A stretch of DNA of 64,000 nucleotides from an uncultured Actinomycetota bacterium (GTDB taxonomy: Bacteria > Actinomycetota > Actinomycetes > JACCUZ01), in assembly GCA_963839955.1 (NCBI GenBank), contig CAWIXB010000001.1:1887492-1951491 (forward strand). Direction: 5' to 3'. The translations under genes and the position numbers were made by a program. This document shows, piece by piece, positions 10,513 to 22,565 of this stretch (positions are counted from its first letter, which is position 1; each line of letters opens with the position of its first letter). Under the pieces are notes generated by a model. That model was not told where the DNA came from. It ran no database searches and saw only the letters and a list, made by a program, of their open reading frames with translations.

Positions 10513-11682
10513 GTGGACCCCCGGCCACGCCCCAGCCCCCCGACCGGCCCGCGACAGCGATCTCCCCGGCGCGACGAGTCGGGCGCCATCCTGATCGCCC
10601 GGCCCTTCGGCGTACCCGTCTATCTGGCCCCGAGCTGGTTCCTCGTCGCCGCCCTGATCACCTACGTCTTCGCAGAGAACGTCGAGGAGGCCGTCCCCGA
10701 CCTCGGGCCGTGGCGCTACGCCGTGTCGCTCACCTTCGCGCTGCTGCTCTACCTGTCGGTGCTGGTTCACGAGCTGAGCCACACGGTCGTGGCCCTCCAG
10801 GCCGGCTTGCCGGTGCGGCGCATCAGCCTCTACCTGCTCGGCGGCGTGTCCGAGATCGAGAAGCCCGCGCAGACGCCCGGCCGCGAGGCGGGCATCGCCG
10901 CTGCCGGACCGGCCGTGTCGCTGGTGATCGGCGCCGTGGCCTACGGGGTCTTCGAGGTGCTGGACGAGGGCACGGTCGGCCGGCTGCTCGCCGGTGCCCT
11001 CATGTGGAGCAACCTGGTCGTCGGCGGCTTCAACATGCTGCCCGGACTGCCGCTGGACGGCGGCCGGGTGCTCGCCGCGGCCGTGTGGCGGGCCAGCGGC
11101 CAGCGCCACCACGGCGTCGTGGTGGCCGCGTGGGTCGGGCGGGGCGTGGCCATCGTCGTCCTGCTGCTGCCGAGCCTGGTGGCGAGGCTGGCCGACCGCA
11201 CACCGGACGTCATCGACCTCGTGTGGGGCGCGTTGCTCGGGTCGTTCATCTGGATGGGGGCCTCGCAGTCGCTGCGCGCCGCGCAGATCCAGCGCACCGT
11301 GCCCTCCCTGTCCGCGCGCACACTCACCCGACGCGCGATCCCCGTGGCGGCCGGCGTCCCCTTGGCCGAGGCACTGCGCCAGAGCCAGGAGGCCGGCGCC
11401 CGGGCCATGGTGGTGGTCGGCGGCGACGGGAAGCCCGTCGGCATCGTCAACGAGGAGGCAGTTCGCGCCACACCGGAGCAGCGGCGGCCGTGGGTACCCG
11501 TCGGTGACTTCGCGAGGCGGCTCCAGCCCGAGATGGTCGTGTCCGCGGACGCCACCGGCGAAGACCTGGTCGACGCGATCACCCGACTCCCGTCCGCGGA
11601 GTACCTCGTCGTCGAGGCCAACGGTGACGTCTACGGCGTCCTCAGCGCCGTTGACGTCGAGCGCGCCGTGGCGCAGGTCTAG
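10513..11682 (+). CDS. Site-2 protease family (M50) zinc metalloprotease with C-terminal CBS domain pair
   Basis: HELSHT (HExxH) in a TM helix. Second motif LDGGRVL. C-terminal tandem CBS-like segments. Start uncertain: GTG 10513 is chosen to avoid overlap with the divergent nuclease, an in-frame ATG at 10396 also exists. Confidence 0.7.
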   Translation: MDPRPRPSPPTGPRQRSPRRDESGAILIARPFGVPVYLAPSWFLVAALITYVFAENVEEAVPDLGPWRYAVSLTFALLLYLSVLVHELSHTVVALQAGLPVRRISLYLLGGVSEIEKPAQTPGREAGIAAAGPAVSLVIGAVAYGVFEVLDEGTVGRLLAGALMWSNLVVGGFNMLPGLPLDGGRVLAAAVWRASGQRHHGVVVAAWVGRGVAIVVLLLPSLVARLADRTPDVIDLVWGALLGSFIWMGASQSLRAAQIQRTVPSLSARTLTRRAIPVAAGVPLAEALRQSQEAGARAMVVVGGDGKPVGIVNEEAVRATPEQRRPWVPVGDFARRLQPEMVVSADATGEDLVDAITRLPSAEYLVVEANGDVYGVLSAVDVERAVAQV

Positions 11683-13220
<1,538 letters not shown>

Positions 13221-13377
13221 ATAACGGCGCCGCAACGTGTCCGATGAATGACGCAACGATGACCCATTCGGACCACACGGTTCCTCTCGCGCGTTGAAGG
13301 TCACAACCAGACGTGCCGACGGTAGTGTCAGGATTGACGGCTTCCGACCGGGAGCACCCGCGAGGGGAGGTGACGCC

Positions 13378-15141
13378 GTGCCGACCAGCGGTGGCGAAGG
13401 GCGCGCAGGCGCATCGAGACGTCCACATGATCTGACCCAGCAAGTTGCCGCGTTGCAGGAGGAGGTCGACGCACTCCGTCGACGCCTCACCGAGTCTCCC
13501 CGCCACGTGCGCGCCCTCGAGGACCGCGTGGCGGATCTCCAGGCCAACTTGTCGTCGGTGACCACGCAGAACGACCGGCTCGTCACGACTCTCAAGGAGG
13601 CGCGCGACCAGATCATCGCCCTCAAGGAAGAGGTCGACCGGCTCGCGCAGCCGCCCGCCGGTTTCGGCGTGTTCATCGCGCGCAACGACGACGACACCGT
13701 CGACATCTTCACCGGCGGGCGCAAGCTGCGCGTCGCCGTGAGCCCCGGTGTCGAGCTCGACGATCTGCAGCGCGGCCAAGAGGTCATGCTCAACGAGGCG
13801 ATGAACGTCGTCGCGGCACTCAGGTTCGAAAGCGTCGGCGAAGTCGTCATGCTCAAGGAGCTGCTCGCCGACGGCGAGCGTGCGCTGGTCGTCGGGCACA
13901 CCGACGAGGAGAAGGTCGTCCGCCTCGCCGCGCCGCTGCGCGACGGCGAGCACCTGCGGGTCGGCGAGTCGCTGCTGCTCGAGCCGCGGTCGGGCTACGT
14001 CTACGAGCGGGTGCCCAAGTCCGAGGTCGAGGAGCTCGTCCTCGAAGAGGTTCCCGACATCGACTACACGCTGATCGGCGGCCTGGCCGCGCAGATCGAG
14101 CAGATCCGCGACGCGGTCGAGCTGCCCTACCTGCACCCCGAGCTGTTCCAGGAGCACCAGCTGCGCCCGCCCAAGGGTGTGCTGCTCTACGGCCCGCCCG
14201 GCTGCGGGAAGACCCTCATCGCGAAGGCCGTTGCCAACTCGCTGGCCAAGAAGGTCGCGGAGGTCACCGGCAAGCCCGAGGGCCGGTCGTTCTTCCTCAA
14301 CATCAAGGGCCCCGAGCTGCTCAACAAGTACGTCGGCGAGACCGAGCGACACATCCGGCTGGTGTTCTCCCGGGCTCGCGAGAAGGCGTCCGAGGGCACG
14401 CCGGTCATCGTGTTCTTCGACGAGATGGACTCGCTGTTCCGCACCCGCGGATCGGGTGTCTCCTCCGACGTCGAGAACACCATCGTGCCGCAGCTGCTCT
14501 CCGAGATCGACGGTGTCGAGGGCCTCGAGAACGTCCTCGTCATCGGCGCCTCCAACCGCGAGGACATGATCGACCCGGCGATCCTGCGGCCGGGCCGCCT
14601 CGACGTGAAGATCAAGATCGAGCGACCTGACGCCGAGTCCGCGCGTGACATCTTCTCGAAGTACATCAAGGCCGAGCTGCCGCTGCACCCCGACGACCTC
14701 AAGGAGAACGACGGCAACCGCGAGGCCACCGTCCACGGGATGATCCAGCGGACGGTCGAGCGGATGTACTCCGAGCTCGACGAGAACAAGTTCCTCGAGG
14801 TCACCTACGCCAACGGCGACAAGGAGATCCTCTATTTCAAGGACTTCAACTCCGGCGCGATGATCCAGAACATCGTCGACAGGGCGAAGAAGATGGCCAT
14901 CAAGGACTTCCTCGACCTCGGCCAGAAGGGCCTGCGCATCTCCCACCTGCTCGCCGCATGCGTCGACGAGTTCAAGGAGAACGAGGACCTGCCCAACACG
15001 ACGAACCCCGACGACTGGGCGCGCATCTCCGGCAAGAAGGGCGAGCGCATCGTCTACATCCGCACCCTCGTCCAGGGCAAGCAGGGCACCGAGGCGGGCC
15101 GCTCCATCGACACCGTCGCCAACACCGGCCAATACCTCTAA
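13378..15141 (+). CDS. arc: Proteasome-associated AAA ATPase ARC/Mpa
   Basis: N-terminal coiled coil. AAA Walker A GPPGCGKT. Walker [11 protein letters not shown]-terminal GQYL proteasome-docking motif. GAGGGGAGG RBS 7 nt upstream of the GTG at 13378 (in frame inside track ORF 13294..15141). Confidence 0.9.
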   Translation: MPTSGGEGRAGASRRPHDLTQQVAALQEEVDALRRRLTESPRHVRALEDRVADLQANLSSVTTQNDRLVTTLKEARDQIIALKEEVDRLAQPPAGFGVFIARNDDDTVDIFTGGRKLRVAVSPGVELDDLQRGQEVMLNEAMNVVAALRFESVGEVVMLKELLADGERALVVGHTDEEKVVRLAAPLRDGEHLRVGESLLLEPRSGYVYERVPKSEVEELVLEEVPDIDYTLIGGLAAQIEQIRDAVELPYLHPELFQEHQLRPPKGVLLYGPPGCGKTLIAKAVANSLAKKVAEVTGKPEGRSFFLNIKGPELLNKYVGETERHIRLVFSRAREKASEGTPVIVFFDEMDSLFRTRGSGVSSDVENTIVPQLLSEIDGVEGLENVLVIGASNREDMIDPAILRPGRLDVKIKIERPDAESARDIFSKYIKAELPLHPDDLKENDGNREATVHGMIQRTVERMYSELDENKFLEVTYANGDKEILYFKDFNSGAMIQNIVDRAKKMAIKDFLDLGQKGLRISHLLAACVDEFKENEDLPNTTNPDDWARISGKKGERIVYIRTLVQGKQGTEAGRSIDTVANTGQYL

Positions 15142-15165
15142 CCGCTGGAAGTCGACCACGTTAGG

Positions 15166-15216
15166 TAGGCCCAGCAATGCGACAACAGGCCTAGCAGCAT
15201 GTTGAGGCACTGCTGC
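15166..15216 (+). terminator. Two adjacent 6-bp-stem hairpins (TAGGCC-N16-GGCCTA and GCAGCA-N11-TGCTGC) downstream of arc. Possible factor-independent terminator/attenuator without a U-tract.
   Basis: Inverted repeats seen directly 25 nt after the arc stop codon, in the 183-bp arc-dop gap. Confidence 0.3.
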
Positions 15217-15323
15217 GCCTGTTGCGGCATCGTGTCGGAGTCCACCACCAGGTGCCTGCCGACCCTCGCCCGGTGGCCGGGCTATCGACCCGGACCATCC
15301 CCGCACGACGTACGCTGCCAGTC

Positions 15324-16838
15324 ATGAGCGTGTGGCGGGTCACCGGCACGGAGACCGAGTACGGCATCTCGGTGCCCGGCAACCCGGGCGCGAACGCGAT
15401 GCTCATCTCCTCGCAGGTCGTCAACGCCTACGCGCAGCCCTCGTCGGCTCGCAACCGCCGCGCCCGCTGGGACTTCGAGGAGGAGAGCCCGCTGCGTGAC
15501 GCGCGCGGCTTCGACCTCGCCCGCGACGTCGCCGACCCGTCGCAGCTCACCGACGAGGACGTCGGGCTCGCCAACATCATCCTCACCAACGGGGCACGGT
15601 TCTACGTCGACCACGCACACCCCGAGTACTCCGCGCCCGAGTGCACCAACCCCCGCGACGCCGTCATCTGGGACAAGGCGGGGGAGCTCATCATGGCGGA
15701 GGCGAGCCGGCGGGCCGGCCAGCTCCCCAACACGCCGCCGATCAACCTCTACAAGAACAACACCGACAACAAGGGCGCGTCCTACGGCACGCACGAGAAC
15801 TACCTGATGCCGCGTGAGACGCCGTTCGCCGACATCGTGCGCCACCTCACGCCGTTCTTCGTCTCGCGCCAGGTCGTCTGCGGTTCGGGCCGCGTCGGCA
15901 TCGGCCAGGACGGGCACACGAACGGCTTCCAGATCTCGCAGCGCGCCGACTACTTCGAGGTCGAGGTCGGTCTCGAGACCACGCTGAAGCGCCCGATCAT
16001 CAACACCCGCGACGAGCCGCACGCCGTGGCGGACAAGTACCGCCGGCTGCACGTCATCATCGGCGACGCGAACCTCTCCGAGGTCTCGACCTACCTCAAG
16101 ATCGGCACGACCTCGCTGGTGCTCGCGATGATCGAGGCCGGGTTTTTGTCGGTCGACCTTGTCGTCGACCGTCCTGTCGCGACTCTGCACGCGGTGTCCC
16201 ACGACGCGTCGCTGCGCGAGCTGGTGACGCTGCGCTCGGGCCGCACGCTGACCGCCGTACAGCTGCAGATGGAGTACGCCGAGCAGGCGCGCAAGTATGT
16301 CGAGGACCGCTACGGCGCGGACGCCGACGAGGTGACCACCGACGTCCTCGACCGCTGGGAGTCGGTGCTCACCCGGCTCGAGGCCGACCCGATGTCCTTG
16401 CACCGGGAGCTCGACTGGGTGGCCAAGCTGCAGATCCTCGAGGGCTACCGCTCGCGCGACGGGCTCGACTGGGACTCGCCCAGGCTCGCCGCCGTCGACC
16501 TGCAGTATTCCGACGTGCGTCCCGACAAGGGACTGTTCAACCGGCTGTCGGCGTCCGGGCGGTTCGACCGCATCGTGACCGACGACGAGATCGTCCGCGC
16601 GGTCACCGAGCCGCCGGAGGACACCCGCGCCTACTTCCGCGGCCGCTGCCTCGAGATGTACGCCAACGAGGTCGCCGCCGCGTCCTGGGACTCGGTCATC
16701 TTCGACCTGCCCGGGCACGAGTCGCTGCAGCGGGTGCCCACGCTCGAGCCGTTGCGCGGCACGAAAGAGCACGTCGGCGACCTCCTGGACCGCTGCAAGA
16801 CCGCGGAAGAGCTGGTTCGAGCCATCACCGGCAACTGA
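15324..16838 (+). CDS. dop: Pup deamidase/depupylase Dop
   Basis: N-terminal [29 protein letters not shown] motifs of the Dop/PafA carboxylate-amine ligase fold. Position between arc and pup. About 504 aa. Confidence 0.9.
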   Translation: MSVWRVTGTETEYGISVPGNPGANAMLISSQVVNAYAQPSSARNRRARWDFEEESPLRDARGFDLARDVADPSQLTDEDVGLANIILTNGARFYVDHAHPEYSAPECTNPRDAVIWDKAGELIMAEASRRAGQLPNTPPINLYKNNTDNKGASYGTHENYLMPRETPFADIVRHLTPFFVSRQVVCGSGRVGIGQDGHTNGFQISQRADYFEVEVGLETTLKRPIINTRDEPHAVADKYRRLHVIIGDANLSEVSTYLKIGTTSLVLAMIEAGFLSVDLVVDRPVATLHAVSHDASLRELVTLRSGRTLTAVQLQMEYAEQARKYVEDRYGADADEVTTDVLDRWESVLTRLEADPMSLHRELDWVAKLQILEGYRSRDGLDWDSPRLAAVDLQYSDVRPDKGLFNRLSASGRFDRIVTDDEIVRAVTEPPEDTRAYFRGRCLEMYANEVAAASWDSVIFDLPGHESLQRVPTLEPLRGTKEHVGDLLDRCKTAEELVRAITGN

Positions 16839-16848
16839 GCGGTCTCGC

Positions 16849-17886
16849 ATGCACATCGACGAGGCACGCGGGCTCTGGCAACCCGAGCCGGGCTGGCTCA
16901 ACACCGCCAGCTACGGCCTGCCGCCCACACCGGCATGGGACGAGCTGCAGGCGGCCCTGCAGATCTGGCGCGGTGGCATCAGGAGCTGGGAGGAGTGGGG
17001 GGAGTCGACCGAGCGTGCCAGGGCCGCGTTCGCCCGGCTGGTCTCCGTCGATGTCGCCGACGTCGCCACCGGTGCGACCGTGTCCGAGCTGATCGGCCCG
17101 ATCGCCGCATCGGTGCCGGACGGTGCACGCGTGGTGGTGCCCGACATCGAGTTCACCTCCAACCTGTTCCCGTGGCTGGTCCACGCGGACCGGGGAGTCG
17201 ACGTCGTCACCGTGCCGCCGGACAAGGTGGCCGACGCGATCGACGAGCGCACGTACGTCGTTGCGTTCAGCGCGGTGCAGTCGGCCACGGGCGAGGTGGC
17301 CGACCTCGAGGCGGTCAGCGCCGCGGCAGCAGCGGTCGATGCGCTCGTGGTCGTCGACGCGACGCAGGCGATCGGGTGGCTGCCGTTCGACGCGTCCCGC
17401 TTCGACGCGGTCGTCTGCGGCGGCTACAAGTGGCTGATGTCGCCGCGGGGCACCGCCTTCCTCGCCCTCAGCAGCCGCCTGCAGGAACGAGTCCGCCCGC
17501 ACAGCGCCGGGTGGTGCGCCGCCGAGGACGTGCACGGCGGCTACTACGGTCCGCCGTTGCGGCTGGCGGCCAGCGCGCGGCGATTCGACGTGTCACCGGC
17601 GTGGTTCAGCTGGGTGGGCGCCGCGCCGACGCTTGAGCTGGTCGAGTCGATCGGCGTCGCCGCGATCGGGGAGTACGACGTGGCGCTGGCCAACCGGTTC
17701 CGCGCCGGCCTCGGCCTCGAACCCAGCAACAGCGCCATCGTGGCGACCCGGCTCCCAGAGGCGGAGGAACGCCTCACCCGGGCCGGGATCCGGGCGGCGT
17801 CCCGGGCCGGCGGCCTGCGGGCGTCGTTCCACCTCTACACCACGGCCGACGACGTCGACAACGCACTGGAAGCGCTGGTCGGCTGA
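16849..17886 (+). CDS. Aminotransferase class V / cysteine desulfurase-like PLP-dependent enzyme
   Basis: 345 aa, fold-type I PLP enzyme pattern with the SAVQSATGEVADLEAV and GGYKWLMSPRG (Lys in the PLP-binding region) motifs. Inserted between dop and pup. Confidence 0.7.
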   Translation: MHIDEARGLWQPEPGWLNTASYGLPPTPAWDELQAALQIWRGGIRSWEEWGESTERARAAFARLVSVDVADVATGATVSELIGPIAASVPDGARVVVPDIEFTSNLFPWLVHADRGVDVVTVPPDKVADAIDERTYVVAFSAVQSATGEVADLEAVSAAAAAVDALVVVDATQAIGWLPFDASRFDAVVCGGYKWLMSPRGTAFLALSSRLQERVRPHSAGWCAAEDVHGGYYGPPLRLAASARRFDVSPAWFSWVGAAPTLELVESIGVAAIGEYDVALANRFRAGLGLEPSNSAIVATRLPEAEERLTRAGIRAASRAGGLRASFHLYTTADDVDNALEALVG

Positions 17887-17983
17887 GCGTCGGCCGCGCT
17901 TTGGCGGCAGACCGTGGGTGGCGACGACTAGGGTTTGAGAAGCACAGGGGTCCTCCGACGGCCCCACGGGAGGCTGGACCGAG

Positions 17984-18190
17984 ATGGCGAGCAAGGACGG
18001 CGGTCAGAAGCGCGCGTCGAAGGCGACCCAGAGCGCGAAGGAGGTCGAGGCTCAGGAGGCCTCCGACGTCGCCGAGCGCAAGGACAAGCTCGACGAGGAC
18101 ATCGACGCGATTCTCGATGAGATCGACGAGGCCTTAGAAGAGAACAGCGAGGAGTTCGTTCGGGGGTTCGTGCAAAAGGGGGGCGAGTGA
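17984..18190 (+). CDS. pup: Prokaryotic ubiquitin-like protein Pup (C-terminal GGE)
   Basis: 68 aa. Acidic helix [41 protein letters not shown] upstream. Terminal Glu rather than Gln. Confidence 0.9.
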   Translation: MASKDGGQKRASKATQSAKEVEAQEASDVAERKDKLDEDIDAILDEIDEALEENSEEFVRGFVQKGGE

Positions 18191-18945
18191 ATAACGCTGA
18201 CGACGAACCCCAGAAGCAGTGCCCCGACTGCACGGAGACCAAGCCGGTTTCGGAGTTCTGGCGGAATCGCGCGACAGCAGATGGCTTGTATGCCTATTGC
18301 AAGCCGTGCGGGCGTCAGCGAAATCTTGCCGCAGCAGTCAAGCGGCGCGCGGCGAAAGGGGTGGACAGTCCGAGAGCTCGCTCCCGCCCGATCGAGGATC
18401 TCCCGCCAGGGATGAAACGTTGCCTCGACTGCAAAGAGGTCCTGCCATTAGACGATTTCGTTCGTAACCGAAGGTGCGGCGACGGCAGGACTCCTTACTG
18501 CCGGAGATGTCAGTACGCACGGGTGGCAGAAAGTCGGCAGAGGTTGCACGGTGGATCGAGGCATTATCACCTGTCGCGCCGTTATGGCCTCGGCGCCAAA
18601 GATGTGCTCGCCAGGTTGAACCGCCAGGAATGGCGCTGTCCCATCTGTTCCGTTGCGCTGACCGAGAAGACCGCCCATGTCGACCATGACCACAAGACCG
18701 GGCAGGTCCGCGCAGTACTGTGCTTCAACTGCAACGGCGGCCTGGGTCAGTTCAAAGACAACCCGGCGGTGCTGCGCAACGCAGCGGCGTACGTGGAAGG
18801 AGAGGCGTGGCATCCCATCCAGGTGGCACCGGGGGTCTTCCTCGTGCCTTCCTCACCCCGGGCTCTTCCTCCTTCACCGACTTCCTCGGCGATTTTTCGC
18901 CTGAGCTGCTACCGGGACGACGTCGGCCTCCAGCGAGTCCCCTGA
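18187..18945 (+). CDS. Recombination endonuclease VII family protein (two N-terminal CxxC...YCxxC zinc-ribbon repeats plus a C-terminal Endo VII nuclease domain). Compositionally atypical insertion between pup and prcB
   Basis: Motif [24 protein letters not shown] matches the T4 gp49 / Endonuclease_7 family signature. GTG start overlaps the pup stop (GTGA). The 3' 139 nt overlap prcB out of frame. Region 18187-18800 is visibly less GC-rich, with AAT/TAT/ATT/TTA/AGA codons. Confidence 0.7.
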   Translation: MNNADDEPQKQCPDCTETKPVSEFWRNRATADGLYAYCKPCGRQRNLAAAVKRRAAKGVDSPRARSRPIEDLPPGMKRCLDCKEVLPLDDFVRNRRCGDGRTPYCRRCQYARVAESRQRLHGGSRHYHLSRRYGLGAKDVLARLNRQEWRCPICSVALTEKTAHVDHDHKTGQVRAVLCFNCNGGLGQFKDNPAVLRNAAAYVEGEAWHPIQVAPGVFLVPSSPRALPPSPTSSAIFRLSCYRDDVGLQRVP

Positions 18946-19652
18946 CCACCGAGGCGCCCCACGGCACCACCATCGTCGCGCTGACCTTCCCGGGCGGCGT
19001 GGTGATGACCGGCGACCGGCGCGCCACCATGGGCAACTACATCGCCCAGCGCGACATCGAGAAGGTCTTCCACGCCGACGACTTCTCCTGCGTGGGCATC
19101 GCCGGCACCGCCGGGCTCGCCATCGAGATCGTCCGTCTCTTCCAGGTCGAGCTCGAGCACTACGAGAAGATCGAGGGCACCACACTCTCCCTCGAGGGCA
19201 AGGCGAACAGACTCGCGCAGATGATCCGGGGCAACCTCGGCATGGCCATGCAGGGTCTCGCCGTCGTGCCGCTCTTCGCCGGATTCGACCCGGAGATCGA
19301 GGAGGGCCGCATCTTCTCCTACGACGTCACCGGTGGCCGCTACGAGGAACACAAGTTCCACTCCGTCGGATCCGGCTCGCTGTTCGCCCGCGGTGCGCTG
19401 AAGAAGCTCTGGACCGAGGAGATGACCCCGGAGGACGCCGTGCTCTGCAGCGTCCAGTCGCTCTACGACGCGGCCGACGAGGACTCCGCAACCGGCGGGC
19501 CCGACCTGACCCGGCGCATCTACCCGGTGGTGGCGACCGTGACCGACGAGGGTTTCCGCCGCCTCGCCGACGAAGAGGTGGGGGGCATCGTCGACACCGT
19601 GCTCTCCGGCCGGATGGAGAACCCCGGCGGACCCCAGGCACCGCTGCGATGA
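18807..19652 (+). CDS. prcB: Proteasome beta subunit PrcB with N-terminal propeptide
   Basis: Propeptide [16 protein letters not shown]...APHG followed by the catalytic Thr1 in [33 protein letters not shown] before the GTG at 18807. The ATG at 18720 would give an implausibly long propeptide. Confidence 0.85.
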   Translation: MASHPGGTGGLPRAFLTPGSSSFTDFLGDFSPELLPGRRRPPASPLTTEAPHGTTIVALTFPGGVVMTGDRRATMGNYIAQRDIEKVFHADDFSCVGIAGTAGLAIEIVRLFQVELEHYEKIEGTTLSLEGKANRLAQMIRGNLGMAMQGLAVVPLFAGFDPEIEEGRIFSYDVTGGRYEEHKFHSVGSGSLFARGALKKLWTEEMTPEDAVLCSVQSLYDAADEDSATGGPDLTRRIYPVVATVTDEGFRRLADEEVGGIVDTVLSGRMENPGGPQAPLR

Positions 19653-19674
19653 CCGAGGAGACCGCACCGTGACG

Positions 19675-20493
19675 ATGCCCTTCGGATACGTCTCGCCCGA
19701 ACAGGTGATGAAGGACCGGGCCGACTACGCCCGGAAGGGCATCGCCCGTGGCCGCAGCGTCGTCGTGCTGGCCTACGACGGCGGCATCCTCTTCGTCGCC
19801 GAGAACCTCTCCCGAGCACTGCACAAGATCAGCGAGATCTACGACCGCATCGCCTTCGCGGCCGTCGGCAAGTACAACGAGTTCGAGAACCTCCGCATCG
19901 CCGGCGTACGCCTCGCTGACCTGCGCGGCTACTCCTACGACCGCCGCGACGTCACCGGCCGCGGCCTCGCCAACGCCTACGCCCAGACCCTGGGCACGAT
20001 CTTCACCCAGGAGTCCAAGCCCTACGAGGTCGAGATCGTCGTCGCCGAGGTGGGGGAGACGGCCGACGAGGACCAGATCTACCGGCTGACGTACGACGGC
20101 TCGGTGGCCGACGAGCACGGGTTCGTCGCCATGGGCGGCAAGTCCGACCAGATCCTGACGGCCCTCGAGGAGCGCTATCGCGACGGCATGACGTTCTCCG
20201 ACGCTCTCGCTCTCGCCGTCGAGCTGCTCGGGCGCGATCCGGTCTCCAACGAGCAGCGCAACCTGACGGCCGGCCAGCTCGAGGTCGCCGTGCTCGAGCG
20301 CGGCCGCCCGCGGCGCAAGTTCCGCCGCATCACCGGCGCGGCGCTCTCGCGGGCGCTCGGGCAACCGCCTGCGCCCGGCAACGGCGACGAGCCGGACAAC
20401 GGCGAGCACGAGAAGTCCCCGCCGACCGCCCTAGCCGGCGGCTCCCACGAGCCGGCCGGACCCGAACCCGGCGAGGACAGCCCGAGCACATGA
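19675..20493 (+). CDS. prcA: Proteasome alpha subunit PrcA
   Basis: N-terminal [32 protein letters not shown] closely resembles known PrcA N-termini. An alternative GTG start lies 6 nt upstream (19669). Confidence 0.9.
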   Translation: MPFGYVSPEQVMKDRADYARKGIARGRSVVVLAYDGGILFVAENLSRALHKISEIYDRIAFAAVGKYNEFENLRIAGVRLADLRGYSYDRRDVTGRGLANAYAQTLGTIFTQESKPYEVEIVVAEVGETADEDQIYRLTYDGSVADEHGFVAMGGKSDQILTALEERYRDGMTFSDALALAVELLGRDPVSNEQRNLTAGQLEVAVLERGRPRRKFRRITGAALSRALGQPPAPGNGDEPDNGEHEKSPPTALAGGSHEPAGPEPGEDSPST

Positions 20494-21047
20494 CCGCCCC
20501 CGCAGAGCGGGTGGCCGAGCCCTGGGAGCTGCTCTCCGAGCGGCCGCGCACCGGTGGCTGGCTGCCCGTCGTCACCCGCACGTACCGGATGCCGGACGGC
20601 TCCGTCTCCGACTGGGACGTCCACAAGACCCCGTTCACCACCGTCTGCGTGCTCGCCCTGACCACGGAGGGGGACGTCGTGCTGACCCGGCAGTTCCGCC
20701 CCGGCCCGGGCGTCGTCGTCCACGACCTGCCCGGCGGCATCGTCGACGAGGGCGAGAGCCTCACCGAGGCTGCGCTCCGCGAGCTGCGCGAGGAGACGGG
20801 CTGGGCGGCCGAGCGGGCCGAGCTCGTCGGCTCGTCCTGGGCGTTCGGCGCCTCGACCTGGCGGCGCAACGTCGTTGTGGCCTATGACGCCCGGCCGGTC
20901 GGCGACGTCACCTCGTGGGGCGGCGAGGAGTACTGCGAGCCGATCGTGCTGTCCGTGGCCGAGTTCCGTGAGGTGCTGCGCAAGGGCAACACCACCGAGG
21001 CCGATCTCGGCTACCTCGCACTCGACGCCGCCGGACTGCTCTGCTGA
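20490..21047 (+). CDS. NUDIX hydrolase (ADP-ribose pyrophosphatase-like)
   Basis: Nudix box [23 protein letters not shown]. Start ATG overlaps the prcA stop (ATGA). Confidence 0.8.
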   Translation: MTAPAERVAEPWELLSERPRTGGWLPVVTRTYRMPDGSVSDWDVHKTPFTTVCVLALTTEGDVVLTRQFRPGPGVVVHDLPGGIVDEGESLTEAALRELREETGWAAERAELVGSSWAFGASTWRRNVVVAYDARPVGDVTSWGGEEYCEPIVLSVAEFREVLRKGNTTEADLGYLALDAAGLLC

Positions 21048-21090
21048 CGTTTCCGACGCTCAACGGCTTCCGCCCGGTCATGGCAGGCAA

Positions 21091-22470
21091 CCGGCGTACG
21101 GTGTGACGGTGGACCGGCGGATATTCGGGCTCGAGAACGAGTACGGCGTCACCTGCACCTTCCGCGGGCAGCGCCGGCTCTCCCCGGACGAGGTGGCGCG
21201 CTACCTGTTCCGCCGTGTCGTGTCCTGGGGCCGCAGCAGCAACGTGTTCCTGCGCAACGGCGCCCGGCTCTACCTCGACGTCGGCAGCCACCCCGAGTAC
21301 GCCACGCCCGAGTGCGACGACATCCGCGAGCTCGTCGTCCACGACAAGGCGGGGGAGCGCATCCTCGAGGGCCTGCTCGTCGACGCAGAGCGGCGGCTGC
21401 GCGAGGAGGGCATCGCCGGCGACGTCTACCTGTTCAAGAACAACACCGACTCGGCCGGCAACTCCTACGGCTGCCACGAGAACTACCTGGTCGGTCGGCA
21501 CGGTGAGTTCACCCGTCTCGCCGACGTGCTCATCCCGTTCCTGGTGTCGCGCCAGATCATCTGTGGCGCAGGGAAGGTCCTGCAGACACCGCGCGGTGCC
21601 GTCTACTGCGTGAGCCAGCGCGCCGAGCACATCTGGGAGGGCGTCTCCAGCGCCACGACCCGGTCACGGCCCATCATCAACACCCGCGACGAGCCGCACG
21701 CCGACGCCGAGCGCTACCGGCGGCTGCACGTCATCGTCGGCGACTCGAACATGAGCGAGACGACGACCCTGCTCAAGCTCGGCACCACCGACCTGGTGCT
21801 GCGGATGATCGAGGCGAACGTCGTCATGCGCGACCTGACGCTCGAGAACCCCATCCGCGCGATCCGTGAGATCAGTCACGACATCACCGGCCGCCGCAAG
21901 GTGCGCCTCGCCAACGGGCGCGAAGCCAGCGCGCTGGAGATCCAGACCGAGTACTTCACCAAGGCCCGCGACTTCGCGGCGCGTCGCGGTCTCGACGAGG
22001 GCGTCGTCAAGCAGGTGCTGAACCTGTGGGAGCGCACGCTGATCGCCGTCGAGACCGGGGACCTCGACTCCGTGGCGACCGAGATCGACTGGGTGATCAA
22101 GCGCCAGCTCATCGAGCGCTACAGCGCCAAGCACGGCCTGAGCCTGTCGTCGTCGAGGGTCGCCCAGCTCGACCTGGCCTACCACGACATCTCGCGGGAC
22201 CGCGGTCTGTTCTACCTGCTCCAGAAGCGGGGCATGGCCGAGCGAGTGGCCCGTGACCTGGACATATTCCAGGCCAAGTCGGTGCCGCCGCAGACGACCC
22301 GGGCGCGGCTGCGCGGGGAGTTCATCCGCCGTGCTCAGGAGCGCCGCCGGGACTTCACGGTCGACTGGGTGCATCTCAAGCTCAACGACCAGGCGCAGCG
22401 CACGGTGCTCTGCAAGGACCCCTTCCGAGCGGTCGACGAGCGTGTGGAGAAGCTGATCGCGAGCATGTGA
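21091..22470 (+). CDS. pafA: Pup--protein ligase PafA
   Basis: N-terminus [18 protein letters not shown] aligns with the PafA consensus MQRRIxGxExEYG. HENYLV, CGAGKV motifs. About 459 aa. Confidence 0.9.
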   Translation, partial: PAYGVTVDRRIFGLENEYGVTCTFRGQRRLSPDEVARYLFRRVVSWGRSSNVFLRNGARLYLDVGSHPEYATPECDDIRELVVHDKAGERILEGLLVDAERRLREEGIAGDVYLFKNNTDSAGNSYGCHENYLVGRHGEFTRLADVLIPFLVSRQIICGAGKVLQTPRGAVYCVSQRAEHIWEGVSSATTRSRPIINTRDEPHADAERYRRLHVIVGDSNMSETTTLLKLGTTDLVLRMIEANVVMRDLTLENPIRAIREISHDITGRRKVRLANGREASALEIQTEYFTKARDFAARRGLDEGVVKQVLNLWERTLIAVETGDLDSVATEIDWVIKRQLIERYSAKHGLSLSSSRVAQLDLAYHDISRDRGLFYLLQKRGMAERVARDLDIFQAKSVPPQTTRARLRGEFIRRAQERRRDFTVDWVHLKLNDQAQRTVLCKDPFRAVDERVEKLIASM

Positions 22471-22565
22471 GCACGGGGCGGGCGCAGCGGGGGAGCCCCT
22501 CGGCGGACGGCGGCATGCCCGAAGCCGGGTTATTGTGGGTGGCTGCCCTCCCCTTCCCCCGATCG

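Noticed and set aside
16805-16825. tRNA T-arm-like string GGTTCGAGCC
   Set aside because: Lies inside the dop coding sequence (codes ELVRAITGN). No acceptor/anticodon stem context. No tRNA, rRNA or CRISPR array detected anywhere in the window.
18720-19652. Longer prcB starting at ATG 18720 (310 aa)
   Set aside because: Would give an 82-residue propeptide with no similarity upstream of [10 protein letters not shown] 18807 with a GGAAGGAGAGG RBS gives a propeptide length matching known PrcB. Kept as an alternative only.
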